A stretch of 64,000 nt of DNA from a virus. Below the pieces are notes generated by a model. That model saw only the letters and a program-made list of their open reading frames with translations, ran no database searches and was not told the origin of the DNA. The DNA is taken from the IMG/VR virus record IMGVR_UViG_3300025314_000001, positions 1-64,000 of that record; one strand, 5' to 3'. Of this stretch, positions 43,913-53,730 are shown piece by piece (positions within the stretch are counted from its first letter, which is position 1; every line of letters begins with the position of its first letter). Position numbers and translations under genes: made by a program.

Positions 43913-44487
43913 CGGTTCCCGCCCCGGTCGGGCAATGCCCTGCGTACTTCCTCAGCAAGAATCTCGCGAACCCGGGGTATGGACGACCTCATGAACCAGT
44001 GAGGTCTGGTCCCGTGGGCCGCGATGGACCGCTGGATGCCGCGGGCGATGCGCGCAGCGTCTTCGACCTGCTGGCCTCCGGCCGCGGCGGCCATGGCGTG
44101 CAGCTCTCCAGCGATGCGTGCTGCATGATGCCGAGTCGTGCTTCCGGTAAGCCTACGGTGAGGGTTCACTCGCCCACGGGTGTCTATCCCCTGCATCCCT
44201 CGGAGATTCACCCAGTCGATAAGGGGAGCCAGTGGGGGCCAGTGGGGCCTAGACCCGCGCTCCACCGAAGCAGCATGGGGAGCGTCGGCGATGATGGTGT
44301 GGAAGGGGCCCGTGTGGACGGAGTCCCGGAGTTCCCCGAACGCCACCGGCATGTGCCGCCGGACGTACTGGGCTCCCCGATCGGCGGCCCGTCGCCTGGC
44401 GTCGTCAAGCCTGCGCTCACGCGACTCGTGGTCCCTTGAGATCTTCCTTAAGGCCGCCGCGAGCGACTTGAACTTGAACTCAGCCAC
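43909..44487 (-). CDS. HK97 gp10-like neck/tail completion protein
   Basis: MPVAFGELRDS, APHAASVERGSRPH, GTRPHWFMR. Confidence 0.8.
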   Translation of the reverse strand: MAEFKFKSLAAALRKISRDHESRERRLDDARRRAADRGAQYVRRHMPVAFGELRDSVHTGPFHTIIADAPHAASVERGSRPHWPPLAPLIDWVNLRGMQGIDTRGRVNPHRRLTGSTTRHHAARIAGELHAMAAAAGGQQVEDAARIARGIQRSIAAHGTRPHWFMRSSIPRVREILAEEVRRALPDRGGNR

Positions 44488-44496
44488 GGGCGTGCC

Positions 44497-45588
44497 TCAG
44501 TGAAGCTTCTCCACCGCAAACCGCAGGTTCTGCTCAATGCGGGGCCGGTGCTCTACAGGGAGCAGACCCATGAGCAACCGCCGAGCTACCCTTGCGCTCT
44601 CTTCGTACTTGCCGACCCAGTAAGCCGCGATAGAGAGCTCATCGAGGCTCCGCCACCGGTAGACGCCTTCGTCCAGAAATAGCGTGTCGTCCGGCTTATC
44701 GATGCGCGTAGCGGCGGAGGCAAACAGGTAAGCGGGCCAGAGGGCTCCGGTTTCCCGGTGCATCCGTGCGAGCTCGCAGAGCGGCTCGGCGCGCGTCGGG
44801 CGGACCTGGTAGGCCCGGAGATAGGCCTCGATGGCCTCGGCTCTGCGCCCCAGGTGTTCGAGGTTCCGCGCTACCTGAAACTCAGAGTACCAGACCTCTT
44901 CATCCCAACCGCCCATTTGGGCTCGGCGCCGGTAGGCTTCTAGCGAATTCTCGTACTGCTTGGCGTCCCGCCAGCTCTGGCCGAGGTAGAAGACGTAACG
45001 CGAGTTGTTCGGTTCCTTCTCGAGCGCCTTGGTGATGCCCAGGGCGTGCCGCGTGTACTTCTCCTCCGGGCTCAGCTGGTTCTGCGCCGAGTCGAAGAGG
45101 CCGTGCACGAGTGGCCCCGGCAGACGAGATTCAGTGTGCGGGGCGTCGCAGTAAATGGCCTCGTGGTAGGCGCCACGGTACTCCCACGGGGTCGAGCTCC
45201 GGACCAGCTTCGTCAGCCAGAACCGTACTTCTGAAGCGCCAGACCGTAGCTGCAGCTGGTAGCCGTCGTGTTCGAGCTTTGGCCAGCTGAAGCGCTCTGG
45301 AGCGACAAAGACTTCGTCGGCGTCGAGCACCAGGATGTAGTCGGCTTTTCCGCGCGCCAGTTCCAGAGCCTCGGTTCGGTTGGTGCCGAAGTCCTGCCAG
45401 GGGCGCCGGTGGAGCTCTCCGGGCTTCTGGGCGCCGGCCATGAACTCGCGGATGACCGCGTCGGTTCCGTCCGTGGACTCCAGGTCGTCAACGATGACCC
45501 AGCTATCGATGAACGGCGCGACGGAGCCGAGGCAACGCCGGATGACGTGCGCCTCGTTCTTCACGATCATGTTGAGGCAGACGCTCAT
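44497..45588 (-). CDS. GT2 glycosyltransferase with TPR repeats
   Basis: CLNMIVKNEA..IRRCL.SV, STDGT, WQDFGTNR, LDADE, YHE; C-terminal TPRs. Confidence 0.92.
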   Translation of the reverse strand: MSVCLNMIVKNEAHVIRRCLGSVAPFIDSWVIVDDLESTDGTDAVIREFMAGAQKPGELHRRPWQDFGTNRTEALELARGKADYILVLDADEVFVAPERFSWPKLEHDGYQLQLRSGASEVRFWLTKLVRSSTPWEYRGAYHEAIYCDAPHTESRLPGPLVHGLFDSAQNQLSPEEKYTRHALGITKALEKEPNNSRYVFYLGQSWRDAKQYENSLEAYRRRAQMGGWDEEVWYSEFQVARNLEHLGRRAEAIEAYLRAYQVRPTRAEPLCELARMHRETGALWPAYLFASAATRIDKPDDTLFLDEGVYRWRSLDELSIAAYWVGKYEESARVARRLLMGLLPVEHRPRIEQNLRFAVEKLH

Positions 45589-46106
45589 CCAAACGTTCCG
45601 TACCGACTCGGCTTGATGGCGTGCATCGAGAAGAATAGGTTTCCGCCCTGCCGCTGCGTCCACATCTTCCCGAAGTCGGCCTTGAAGAGCCACCGGTAGT
45701 CGGACATCCAGGTGTGGCCGACCTGAATCCAGTATTGCTCCTGATCGAGAAAGACCAGCGTCTGCTCGGTGAGCATCCGGCGGTGCCCAGGGTCGCCCCA
45801 GGCGTGCTCATGGCTCGCCAGCGGGACCGAGGCCGCAAACAGACCGCCCGGCTTCAGGATGCGCCAGAACTCCGTGAACTGCTCGAAGAAGAACCGGTAG
45901 TCCCCCTGCATACCCGTGTGCTCGAGCACTTCGTAGGCGTGAATCTCGTCGAAGGCGTCCGCCTCGAAAGGGAGGGGTAGGCGCTCGAGGTCATGCAAAA
46001 CGTCGGGCTTGTGGTCGGGGTTGATGTCGAGCGTGACCAGCTTCGTCCACGGCGTATTGCCGACGCGCTTTTCGTGCAGCGCGCCGCAGCCAAGGAGAAG
46101 TTCCAT
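45585..46106 (-). CDS. Class I SAM-dependent methyltransferase
   Basis: LLLGCG, LPFEADAFDEIHAYEVLEH, WRILKPGG, AWGDPGH. Confidence 0.9.
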   Translation of the reverse strand: MELLLGCGALHEKRVGNTPWTKLVTLDINPDHKPDVLHDLERLPLPFEADAFDEIHAYEVLEHTGMQGDYRFFFEQFTEFWRILKPGGLFAASVPLASHEHAWGDPGHRRMLTEQTLVFLDQEQYWIQVGHTWMSDYRWLFKADFGKMWTQRQGGNLFFSMHAIKPSRYGTFG

Positions 46107-46108
46107 GA

Positions 46109-46219
46109 TTACTCCCCCCGCGAGGCGCATCGACGCGCTCGTCCGCGTTCAATTAGTGCGCGGTACTGCTTGCCTGTGAATCGTTGCAGATCATCGAATA
46201 CCAGGACGCTGATGGACAT
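46109..46219 (-). CDS. 36-aa peptide resembling the terminase Walker B segment (not in ORF track)
   Basis: MSISVLVFDDLQRFTGKQYRALIERGR...; start overlaps the bfr stop (TGATG); stop is 2 nt before the MTase start. Confidence 0.55.
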   Translation of the reverse strand: MSISVLVFDDLQRFTGKQYRALIERGRARRCASRGE

Positions 46220-46692
46220 CAGCCCCCCGCGACCTGATTCGCCAGGTAGTTGTCGATTCCGATCTGGGCAATCTGGTCAAGCTGCTGCTCGCTCCACAGA
46301 AGGTGGTCTTCTTCGGACTTCAGATGCTCCTCGAAGAGCGCCCGGCTGCCTTCGTCCTTGAGCTCCACGGCGAGCAACACGGACTCGTTGTACTTGGATA
46401 CGGCGTCGGCTTCCGCCGCCCGGTCGTTCTCGAGCATGGCCTTGGGTTCCGCACCGATCCGGATCTCGTTGAGCTTGCTCACGATGGGCTTTCCCTCGAG
46501 GAACAGGATCCGGTCGATGAGTTCATCGGCGTGCCCCATCTCGGAGCGAGCGAGCCCCATGACGTGTTTTGCCAACGCCGCGTATCCCCATCGGCCATAC
46601 ATGGCCGCGTGTACCACGTACTGGTTGATCGCCGTTAGCTCCTCGGAGAGACGCTCGTTCAGAGCTGCGATGATTCTTGGGTTGCCTTTCAT
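46219..46692 (-). CDS. bfr: Bacterioferritin
   Basis: MKGN..I...LN..L..ELTAINQY; EMGHAD (E51, heme Met52, H54); RILFLEG.P; E94; EEDH (E127/H130). Confidence 0.95.
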   Translation of the reverse strand: MKGNPRIIAALNERLSEELTAINQYVVHAAMYGRWGYAALAKHVMGLARSEMGHADELIDRILFLEGKPIVSKLNEIRIGAEPKAMLENDRAAEADAVSKYNESVLLAVELKDEGSRALFEEHLKSEEDHLLWSEQQLDQIAQIGIDNYLANQVAGG

Positions 46693-46695
46693 GAC

Positions 46696-47355
46696 TCACC
46701 ACTTGGGGTAAAAAACTGTGTTTCCGTCGGTGTGGCCCAGGACGACTCCGGGGTGCGCCCAAATCTGCGTGCCGATGTCGCGCACTCGGCAATGGAAGGC
46801 GGTGTCCTCACCTTGCAGGATCCCCTTGTGGAAGAACTGCATGTGCAGGGCCCTAGTCATTCCGGCCTTCTCGGAAGTCTTGTAGGCCAGTGAGCGATAC
46901 TCATCAAAGAGCCGCACCACCAACCCCCGCTTGACAACCTGGAACCCATACCCCGCACTCTCGAACGTCCAGGGTGCCGACGGTTTCGGCTTCGGACACG
47001 GCATGATTACCGGCTCTGCCGCCGCGTTCTTGTAGCAGTAGACGCCGATCGCCAGGTCGACGTTCATGTCGATCAGTGTCTCGGCTTGCTCTGGAGTCCA
47101 CCCGATGTCGGCGTCGACGCTCAGGAAGTGCGACAACCCAGAGTCGAGAAACCGAAGAATCATCTCGTCGCGTGAGTTGCAGATCCCCATTGCTTTGAGG
47201 CTATCCACGCGCACGCGCCCTTGCCAGCGCACCCTTGCTTCGAGCATTCCGGCAACGCAAACGTCGTGGATCTGCCCTTTCTCACTCTGCACGCCGACGA
47301 AGATACCCGCCGTCTCGCTCACACCCATACTCTGCTCCTGTTCTTCAGCCGACAC
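46696..47355 (-). CDS. GT-A fold glycosyltransferase
   Basis: SRDEM...FL, SVDADIGW (DxD), GYGF..VKR, GEDTAF, VVLGH. Confidence 0.8.
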   Translation of the reverse strand: MSAEEQEQSMGVSETAGIFVGVQSEKGQIHDVCVAGMLEARVRWQGRVRVDSLKAMGICNSRDEMILRFLDSGLSHFLSVDADIGWTPEQAETLIDMNVDLAIGVYCYKNAAAEPVIMPCPKPKPSAPWTFESAGYGFQVVKRGLVVRLFDEYRSLAYKTSEKAGMTRALHMQFFHKGILQGEDTAFHCRVRDIGTQIWAHPGVVLGHTDGNTVFYPKW

Positions 47356-47400
47356 CCCGGGCCAACGGGGAGAGGACTGGTTCCTTGCGCTACCCCGCGT

Positions 47401-47835
47401 CTACGGAGTGCGCCTTGATCGCGTCAGCACGACGAACCACGCCAACGGGTCGGTCGTGTCGAGATTCTGTACCTTGAATTCCCCCTCGTAGTCCCCGCTC
47501 AGCATGTACAGGATCTCGGTGTGCGTCGATCCTGTCGGCATCAGCTGAGCGCGCGAAAATCCTCCACCACTTCCTTGGGTAAAGGGTGGCGTGATGGGCC
47601 CGAGCTTTACGTCGCCCATCTCGTAGAGACCCCCGGAGCTGCTGACCTCACGCGCCGAGAGCTGGCGAACTGGGTATCGAATCGGGAGCACGGTATCGAC
47701 GTCCCGGGGCGTGGTATTGGGCTGTCCAATCTTGCTCGGCCAGGTTCGTTCGCGTACCGTGACGGTGATGGTACGGATCGGGGTGGCGACGTTCCGAATT
47801 CGGTCGGCCACGAATCGGAAGCGGTCGAGGTTCAT
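47401..47835 (-). CDS. Head closure (stopper) protein
   Basis: Size, beta-rich character and position after the connector. Confidence 0.55.
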   Translation of the reverse strand: MNLDRFRFVADRIRNVATPIRTITVTVRERTWPSKIGQPNTTPRDVDTVLPIRYPVRQLSAREVSSSGGLYEMGDVKLGPITPPFTQGSGGGFSRAQLMPTGSTHTEILYMLSGDYEGEFKVQNLDTTDPLAWFVVLTRSRRTP

Positions 47836-47838
47836 CCC

Positions 47839-48213
47839 TTACCGCTCCCTATAGAGCACCGGCGACCCAAAGACGTCACAGCGGGGTGAGTAGTTCATAG
47901 CGTTGAAGAGTCGCCCAATCAACTGCCTCCCCCGCTTGCACAGAATCGCTAACCCGCGCGCCGGATCTATCGTGAGCTCGTTGACCTTGAAGGCCTCGGG
48001 TGCTGTCAGGACCTCCTGAATCTGAAGGTCCAGCGCTGCCAGCTCTGTAAGGTACCCGATGATCAGCAGCTCGGCTGACGAGTCCGGGTTGATCCCACCG
48101 TCCGCAATCGACTGGCACGCCGTGATCTGGCGCTCCAGCTGGAGATCTCGATGAGCAGCCGCCCATCCTCCCCAGGCTCGGATTGCGGCGCGGTGGGACT
48201 CGGTAAAGGCCAT
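47839..48213 (-). CDS. Head-tail connector/adaptor
   Basis: MAFTESHRAAIR..GW; helical; position. Confidence 0.55.
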   Translation of the reverse strand: MAFTESHRAAIRAWGGWAAAHRDLQLERQITACQSIADGGINPDSSAELLIIGYLTELAALDLQIQEVLTAPEAFKVNELTIDPARGLAILCKRGRQLIGRLFNAMNYSPRCDVFGSPVLYRER

Positions 48214-48217
48214 TGGT

Positions 48218-48721
48218 CTATCTGCCTTTGGGTCCCTTCGGGGCCTGGTCGATCTTGGCGATCTCCGCCTGAAGCTCGGCGAGCTCTTCGTCTTCGCCGA
48301 CCACGACCTGGGGCCGCTGTTGCATCATGTTTTGCACGATGGCCGCGGTCTCGGCGGCCGCCGTGACCTTTTCCTTGAGCTCACGCTTGCGTGCCGTAGC
48401 GGGGTCGAGCGCGGGGTGCATCGGCGCCGGCTCGCGGCCGCGCTTCTTGAGCTGCGGGGCGAGTCCAGACTGGATGACGCCGTTCTTGTCCGTGAACTGG
48501 ACCGCTTGGTCGTAGATCTTCTCCAAACGGATAGACCCACCTGGTGGTACCACGACATCCTTGTACTTACGGGGCCGTGTCCCTTCAGCCCACTGCTTTT
48601 GCGAAAACTTGTGACCCGCCGCGTCTATCCACAGTCGCAACGTCACGATCTGTTTGGTTGGATTTTCCCAGATGGTGTATTCGTCCTCATTGACGACTGT
48701 CGACATGGTTTCTTGTGGCAT
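48218..48721 (-). CDS. Hypothetical virion-region protein
   Basis: GGAG RBS; operon context. Confidence 0.65.
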   Translation of the reverse strand: MPQETMSTVVNEDEYTIWENPTKQIVTLRLWIDAAGHKFSQKQWAEGTRPRKYKDVVVPPGGSIRLEKIYDQAVQFTDKNGVIQSGLAPQLKKRGREPAPMHPALDPATARKRELKEKVTAAAETAAIVQNMMQQRPQVVVGEDEELAELQAEIAKIDQAPKGPKGR

Positions 48722-48779
48722 GAGACTCTTTGACTCCCTGTTCGTTGTGAAGGTGTACCCGAAGCGTTGTTTGCTTCGA

Positions 48780-49316
48780 CTACGGATCGATGGGCTCGAT
48801 ATGCGCTCCGGCTAACCCAGCCACCACGTGGGCGTTGAGCTGGACAGCTTCGTCGTTGACCAGCGTGATGAGTGTAGCCGTGTTGGTGCAGGTCGCTGCC
48901 GTGATGGCGTTGACGGTGTCGTTGGTCGCGTGGACTCCCGATGCCGTTCGGTGAGCCGTGTATCCGGTGAGGATCGCGTTGGCCAGCGTGATGCCGGTCG
49001 TGACGTCGGTCGCATCGGCTACTGTGATCGACGCCGAGGCGGTCGTTCCGTGGGGAACTCCGTCGGGTGCGTGCTGGTTGTAGATGCCCTTGACGTCGTT
49101 GACGAGCGTTACGGCTGTCGCCGCCGTTGTCGCCGCTACGGTGCTACATGCCAGCGCACCCGGCATGGTGGGCTCCATCGGGTCATCCACCGAAGCGCGC
49201 GAAATGTCGTAGTGGATGTTCGTCGAAACCACTGCTTCGCGCAGCGCATTGAATGCCAGCGCGATCGTCTTGAGCAGCGAGGCCGGCTCGATGCCTTTTC
49301 TGACTTTCAGACTCAT
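48780..49316 (-). CDS. Putative capsid decoration/head protein
   Basis: Ala/Thr-rich with three internal repeats (TLVND.K..YN.H); follows the MCP. Confidence 0.55.
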   Translation of the reverse strand: MSLKVRKGIEPASLLKTIALAFNALREAVVSTNIHYDISRASVDDPMEPTMPGALACSTVAATTAATAVTLVNDVKGIYNQHAPDGVPHGTTASASITVADATDVTTGITLANAILTGYTAHRTASGVHATNDTVNAITAATCTNTATLITLVNDEAVQLNAHVVAGLAGAHIEPIDP

Positions 49317-49356
49317 GGTGTTGCTCCAGGTCCAGAGGAATGGAAAGGGGTTGGCC

Positions 49357-49403
49357 TGGACGGCGCCGCGCCGCAGGGAGTCACCCCAGCGCGGCGCCCT
49401 CCA
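49357..49403 (-). terminator. GC-rich hairpin after the capsid gene
   Basis: GGCGCCGCGC / GCGCGGCGCC inverted repeat, extended by TGGA/TCCA; no clear U-tract. Confidence 0.4.
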
Positions 49404-49414
49404 GAGCGGCTTGG

Positions 49415-50455
49415 CTACTCGGCGATGTCCGCGATGTACCCGAAGGCACCACGGCGCTTCAGACAGAGCGCCACGGTCGCTTCCATGACGAACTGCACGT
49501 AGCTGCCCAGACGTCCCAGCGGGTAGATCCTGATCGGAATGCTCGACGCGTCGAACACGTTTCCGTCGGCGGTACCCCTAGCCTGGACGATCTGTTGCAT
49601 CGTCTGTTCCCCGAAGGGCGCCGGGGGCAGAAACTGCATCTCGCATTGGTCGGGGTTGAAGGCGACCATGTATCCCGCGCTGCAGTCGATGTCGTCGTCG
49701 ATTGGACGACCTCTCCAGAACAGGTCCTCGGCTCCGAGGTTCGCAGCTCCGCCCATGCCGGCAACGACGGTCTTCTGGTTGAAGAGCCCTTCGTACTTGG
49801 TCTTCACTCCGGGCGAGCAAAGGAAACGCTTCGGCGTGTTGGCCTGGCCGGCGTGCGTTCTGATTCCCTGGTTCAGCTGGGCGATGAGGTCCAGCGTCAG
49901 GGGGCGGTCCGTTCCGCCATTGGCCAACACGGTGCTGACCCAGTAGGTCGAATCGGTGATTGCCGCATAGGCGCCAGACGACGCAATGGCTCCGCCCAGG
50001 AGACCCACGCAGTTCGCGTTCCCTGATCCGTCGGTTCCATCGCCGGTCCACATGTCGGTATTGATGGCCCGAGCGATCGTGGCCGCACCTTCCATGATAC
50101 GGTTGGCGAGCTTGTTCCCGATGATCAGGGGGTTACGTTGCCCGGTCGACGCCAAGACATCGAGCTCGGTCGTCGTGAAACCGAAGGTGTGCCGATAGAT
50201 GCCCCAGCTCAGATAGGCGTTGTCTTCGACCATCTGCGTCGCGTCGCTGGCAGCCACGGTCGCGCCTTCGGCAACGGTTGCGGCGGTTGCACCACCGAGC
50301 TGGGCAGCCCACGCGGCTCGAGGACCACGGGGAACTCCGGTGGGGGCCGGCACCAACGACAGGAGTTTACACTCCTTGTTCCACGTGCGGGCGATATCGG
50401 GCCCGAACTGATCGACGAGAATTGCCGCAGCAACGGTCAGGGTTTCGACAGCCAT
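49415..50455 (-). CDS. Major capsid protein (HK97 fold)
   Basis: 346 aa after the scaffold; VAEG, INTDMWTGDGT...GL, GRPIDDDIDC..G, C-terminal GYIADI. Confidence 0.85.
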   Translation of the reverse strand: MAVETLTVAAAILVDQFGPDIARTWNKECKLLSLVPAPTGVPRGPRAAWAAQLGGATAATVAEGATVAASDATQMVEDNAYLSWGIYRHTFGFTTTELDVLASTGQRNPLIIGNKLANRIMEGAATIARAINTDMWTGDGTDGSGNANCVGLLGGAIASSGAYAAITDSTYWVSTVLANGGTDRPLTLDLIAQLNQGIRTHAGQANTPKRFLCSPGVKTKYEGLFNQKTVVAGMGGAANLGAEDLFWRGRPIDDDIDCSAGYMVAFNPDQCEMQFLPPAPFGEQTMQQIVQARGTADGNVFDASSIPIRIYPLGRLGSYVQFVMEATVALCLKRRGAFGYIADIAE

Positions 50456-50496
50456 GATGACCTCTTCTGGGCGGATCCCCGCCCTCTTGGCTGGGC

Positions 50497-51288
50497 CTAC
50501 TGGCCCAGCAGATTCGCAAACGCGTTACCCACAACCTCTTGCGGGGTGCGCTTTTCACCTGCAGCTGGCGGGAGTCCAGCGCGTTGTCCCGGCTTCTCGC
50601 CGGATCCCGAAGCCCCGACAGGGGGCAGGTACAGTTTCGCCTCTGGCGTCTTGATCCAGGATGAGAGGCCCTGAGTTAACGGGAGTTCTCCCTTCTCGGG
50701 GTCCTTGTAAACGAGCGTTTCTCCGTCTTCGGAGTAACCGATGCGCTTCTTGCCGTCGTAGAGGAACAGCTCCGCCGCTTCGGCGGCCTCTTCCGCGGTG
50801 ATGCCGTTCTTGCCGAGTTCCTTGCGGAGGGCTTGCCGCAGGTTGAGCTCGGTCCGGGCTTTCTTCTCGGCGTCGCGCTGTTGCTCAGCCGACTTGAACT
50901 TCGTGTCGAGCTCGGTGCTATGCTTGGTCAGCAAAGCGATCTGCTTCTTGAGCTCGATGACTTGTGGATCGTCGGGCTTCTCGCCCTGCTTACCCTTGAG
51001 CTCCTTGCCCTTCGTTTCGTCCTCTTCGGCTCGCTGGGTCGGCTGAAGTTCGGACCTCAACTTCGCTTCGAACGCATCGAAGGTCGGCTTCAAGGACTCG
51101 CCCACGGCAGACCCAATTCCTGCAGTGAGCTCCTTCTTGAGCCGCGTACCGAGGCCCGTGATCATCTCGGTTTGCTGAACTTGGAATCCCTCGAATCGCT
51201 TCCCGATGTCGTCGTTCAGCGTCTTGAGGTCATCGGTTCCTAGAACTTCGTGCTCGTTTCCAAACGCATCCTTGATCTTGACGGTCAT
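50497..51288 (-). CDS. Capsid scaffolding protein
   Basis: Charged coiled coil with C-terminal GASGSG; directly upstream of the MCP. Confidence 0.75.
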   Translation of the reverse strand: MTVKIKDAFGNEHEVLGTDDLKTLNDDIGKRFEGFQVQQTEMITGLGTRLKKELTAGIGSAVGESLKPTFDAFEAKLRSELQPTQRAEEDETKGKELKGKQGEKPDDPQVIELKKQIALLTKHSTELDTKFKSAEQQRDAEKKARTELNLRQALRKELGKNGITAEEAAEAAELFLYDGKKRIGYSEDGETLVYKDPEKGELPLTQGLSSWIKTPEAKLYLPPVGASGSGEKPGQRAGLPPAAGEKRTPQEVVGNAFANLLGQ

Positions 51289-51425
51289 GTGCCATTCACC
51301 TTGTCGGTGCCCTGGGATGGAAAACGACGTCCCAGCCGCGTCGCTCGGCTGCTGTTAACCCGTGCTCACTCGTTGCCGCGAACGAGTGCGGGGGTGACTT
51401 TTTGTTGGCCGCCTTACGCCGGGGC

Positions 51426-52076
51426 CTAAACTGGGCGCTCTACGCCAAGGATCGGATTCAGGTACTCCGAGGCTCTGCGTTTCGGTCGCTCACTGACTAC
51501 TGAGGTCAGGTAAATCGAATTCGCGGGCTGTGCGAGCTCGTACTCGATCCAGTCCGGCAACGGCTCGAACAGGCGCTCCTTTTCCACGGAAGCGACAATG
51601 CGCGCTGGGGCCGTTGGAAGGTCACGTAAACGATCCACAATCTGCTTGTACTGTTCTCTCGTGAACCTGGTCAGATGATCGAATGCCACGATGTTGAGCT
51701 CGAGCCCGCAAAGCTCGTTTCCGGTTTCTACGACTTTGCCAATGAACGTGCCCCCATCGGGGAACACGAACATCGGGAAAGGATCACGTCGGAATGAGTA
51801 CTTCACCCACTCGAATGCTTCGGTCGCCTGCCCCACCAGGAACTGTAAGTGGTGCGGATTGGTTGACACGAGCGCCGCGCGGTAGCTGCTGCCGTATCCC
51901 CTTCGCAGCCTGCTCGCCATGACGGACAGAAGCCCCATCGTCTTTCCGGTGGCACGCGGACCGACAATGAAGCTCTGACGGGACTTACTCTCGATGAGCG
52001 CCTGCTGGTGAGGATATGGGTGGAAGTTGAACATGGTTCTTTTGTAGATCTGGCGGCTTGTGCTGACCGGGCTCAC
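51426..52076 (-). CDS. Truncated, degenerate terminase-ATPase paralog
   Basis: PYPHQQ (adenine-binding Q), GPRATGKT Walker A, FVFPDGG, GLELNIVAFDHLTRFTREQY (Walker B E to H); no nuclease domain. Start may be at the later Met (MFNFHP). Confidence 0.75.
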   Translation of the reverse strand: MSPVSTSRQIYKRTMFNFHPYPHQQALIESKSRQSFIVGPRATGKTMGLLSVMASRLRRGYGSSYRAALVSTNPHHLQFLVGQATEAFEWVKYSFRRDPFPMFVFPDGGTFIGKVVETGNELCGLELNIVAFDHLTRFTREQYKQIVDRLRDLPTAPARIVASVEKERLFEPLPDWIEYELAQPANSIYLTSVVSERPKRRASEYLNPILGVERPV

Positions 52077-52103
52077 TCGCGGCCGCGGGCGAGTGGCGGG
52101 GAC

Positions 52104-52970
52104 CTAAGCGCTGAAGAGCGGTCCGCTGCTGGCGCTTCGTCGCCGGTGATACGTCTTGAACTCTGCCTGTCTCTCTTCGCGGAATACCGGAGACTTCAGA
52201 CGCTCATTGCATTCCGGGCAGACTGGCCACGTCGCGACCAGACTCGCATCAGAGACCTTGAAGTTGTGGTCGATGTGGCCAACGAATCGTCCCTCTGTGA
52301 ACAGGTCTACCCCTCCGCAGCAAGGGCATTTTCCGCCTGACGCATAGAGATAGTCCAAGTGCAGCTTCTGGGTCAGCTTGGAAGGGTTCTTACGCTTCGC
52401 GTCGAGGCACCGGAGATTGGACTCTTTGAGTCCGTCTACGTCGGTTCTCAGCCGCGCAAGTTCATGTCCCTGCCGATGTTGCTCGTCCTGAATGGTTGCC
52501 AGAACCGGACCGATCCTTCGCGCAGTAGCTTCCCCAATCATCTCGCATGACTCGGGGGCCAGCCGGACCATGGCCTCTGATGCCTCTTGCCCAAGCTTCC
52601 CCCGTCGCACAGCTTTGAGGGTTCTAGCGAACTCCTGCCGGAGAACCTTTGCCGTGTCCGATCGGACCCGCATAATGACTAGGTAGACTGCCTCTTCTGG
52701 CAGGTAGCATTCGTCGAAGTCGTAGATTCGCTGACCATCGCTTCCTGGATGGCCGGTTCTTTGGCGTCCGGATTCTGGACGCCAAAGAACCCCGCAAATT
52801 TCACTATCTGCCTCCAGTTCTCGGACCGCAGACCGGACCTTTCGTGGCTCTCTTCCGAGCTTCTCGGCTAAGGCCGTGCCAGAGACCCAGTACTCGACGT
52901 CTCCATCCAGTTCACGAGGCAGGAAGGCCCATCCATCACGCAGTACCAGTGCGGAGTTAGGTTCGTTCAT
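52104..52970 (-). CDS. Antirepressor/Bro-N-like DNA-binding protein with C-terminal HNH-like zinc domain
   Basis: CYLPEEAVYLVIMRVRSDTAK; CPCC...HIDH...CPECN. Confidence 0.65.
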   Translation of the reverse strand: MNEPNSALVLRDGWAFLPRELDGDVEYWVSGTALAEKLGREPRKVRSAVRELEADSEICGVLWRPESGRQRTGHPGSDGQRIYDFDECYLPEEAVYLVIMRVRSDTAKVLRQEFARTLKAVRRGKLGQEASEAMVRLAPESCEMIGEATARRIGPVLATIQDEQHRQGHELARLRTDVDGLKESNLRCLDAKRKNPSKLTQKLHLDYLYASGGKCPCCGGVDLFTEGRFVGHIDHNFKVSDASLVATWPVCPECNERLKSPVFREERQAEFKTYHRRRSASSGPLFSA

Positions 52971-53146
52971 TACGCTTCCCAAAAAGCCGGGCGTCCGTCG
53001 CCCGGGGTAGAATCGCCGCTATTCACCGCGTCCGTTGGGGTTCGGGCTCGGCTAGGCCAGCGGCGTGGCCCGTAGTGTTAGCGTCCCAGCCCCTGAGAGA
53101 TCCTCGGCGCCAGAGTTCCTGCGCTTGAAGCGGGAACCGGCCGTGT

Positions 53147-53692
53147 CTACTCAGCAGCGTCGGCGAGCGGCTCCGGACTCGGTGCCCGGCATTCCGGTGA
53201 CAAACCAAACGTGTCGTCTATTTTCGACCCCAAAAACCCGACACGAATCAGCGCAGATTGCTGGTGCTTGGTCAGCTCTGTGAGCTCCACTTGGAGCTTC
53301 CCGACCTTGTCGTCCCACGATCGTTTCTGCGACATCTGGTCCTCTAGCAGGGCCCAGATTTCTGCTAGCTCAGAGAGCTTTTGCCCCCAAGAGTTACGAT
53401 GCTGCTCTAGTTTACCGATAACATCCCCAGCCCACTGGATTCCCGTCTCCAAAGACGTGCAATCTCTCTGTATCGTGTAAGTTCCCCCTGGACGTTGGTT
53501 CAACACCACAGCAACGGTTACTTTGCACTTGTTCGTGTGAATCGACATCATGCTTCGGATGTCGCCGGGGTCATATTTGTCGGAACTCCAGTTCCAATAA
53601 GCGCTTACACCACCGTGGTTCCACGTGCATACCCTCCAGGTTCTACCTTGGTGTGCTTGCTGTTCTTCGTGGATGATGCTGTTCTCGGACAT
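53147..53692 (-). CDS. Hypothetical protein
   Basis: AGGAG RBS before MSENSII; lower GC. Confidence 0.6.
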   Translation of the reverse strand: MSENSIIHEEQQAHQGRTWRVCTWNHGGVSAYWNWSSDKYDPGDIRSMMSIHTNKCKVTVAVVLNQRPGGTYTIQRDCTSLETGIQWAGDVIGKLEQHRNSWGQKLSELAEIWALLEDQMSQKRSWDDKVGKLQVELTELTKHQQSALIRVGFLGSKIDDTFGLSPECRAPSPEPLADAAE

Positions 53693-53730
53693 AGACTTCT
53701 CCTGTTTACCCGTCGCCAAACGGGCATGAA

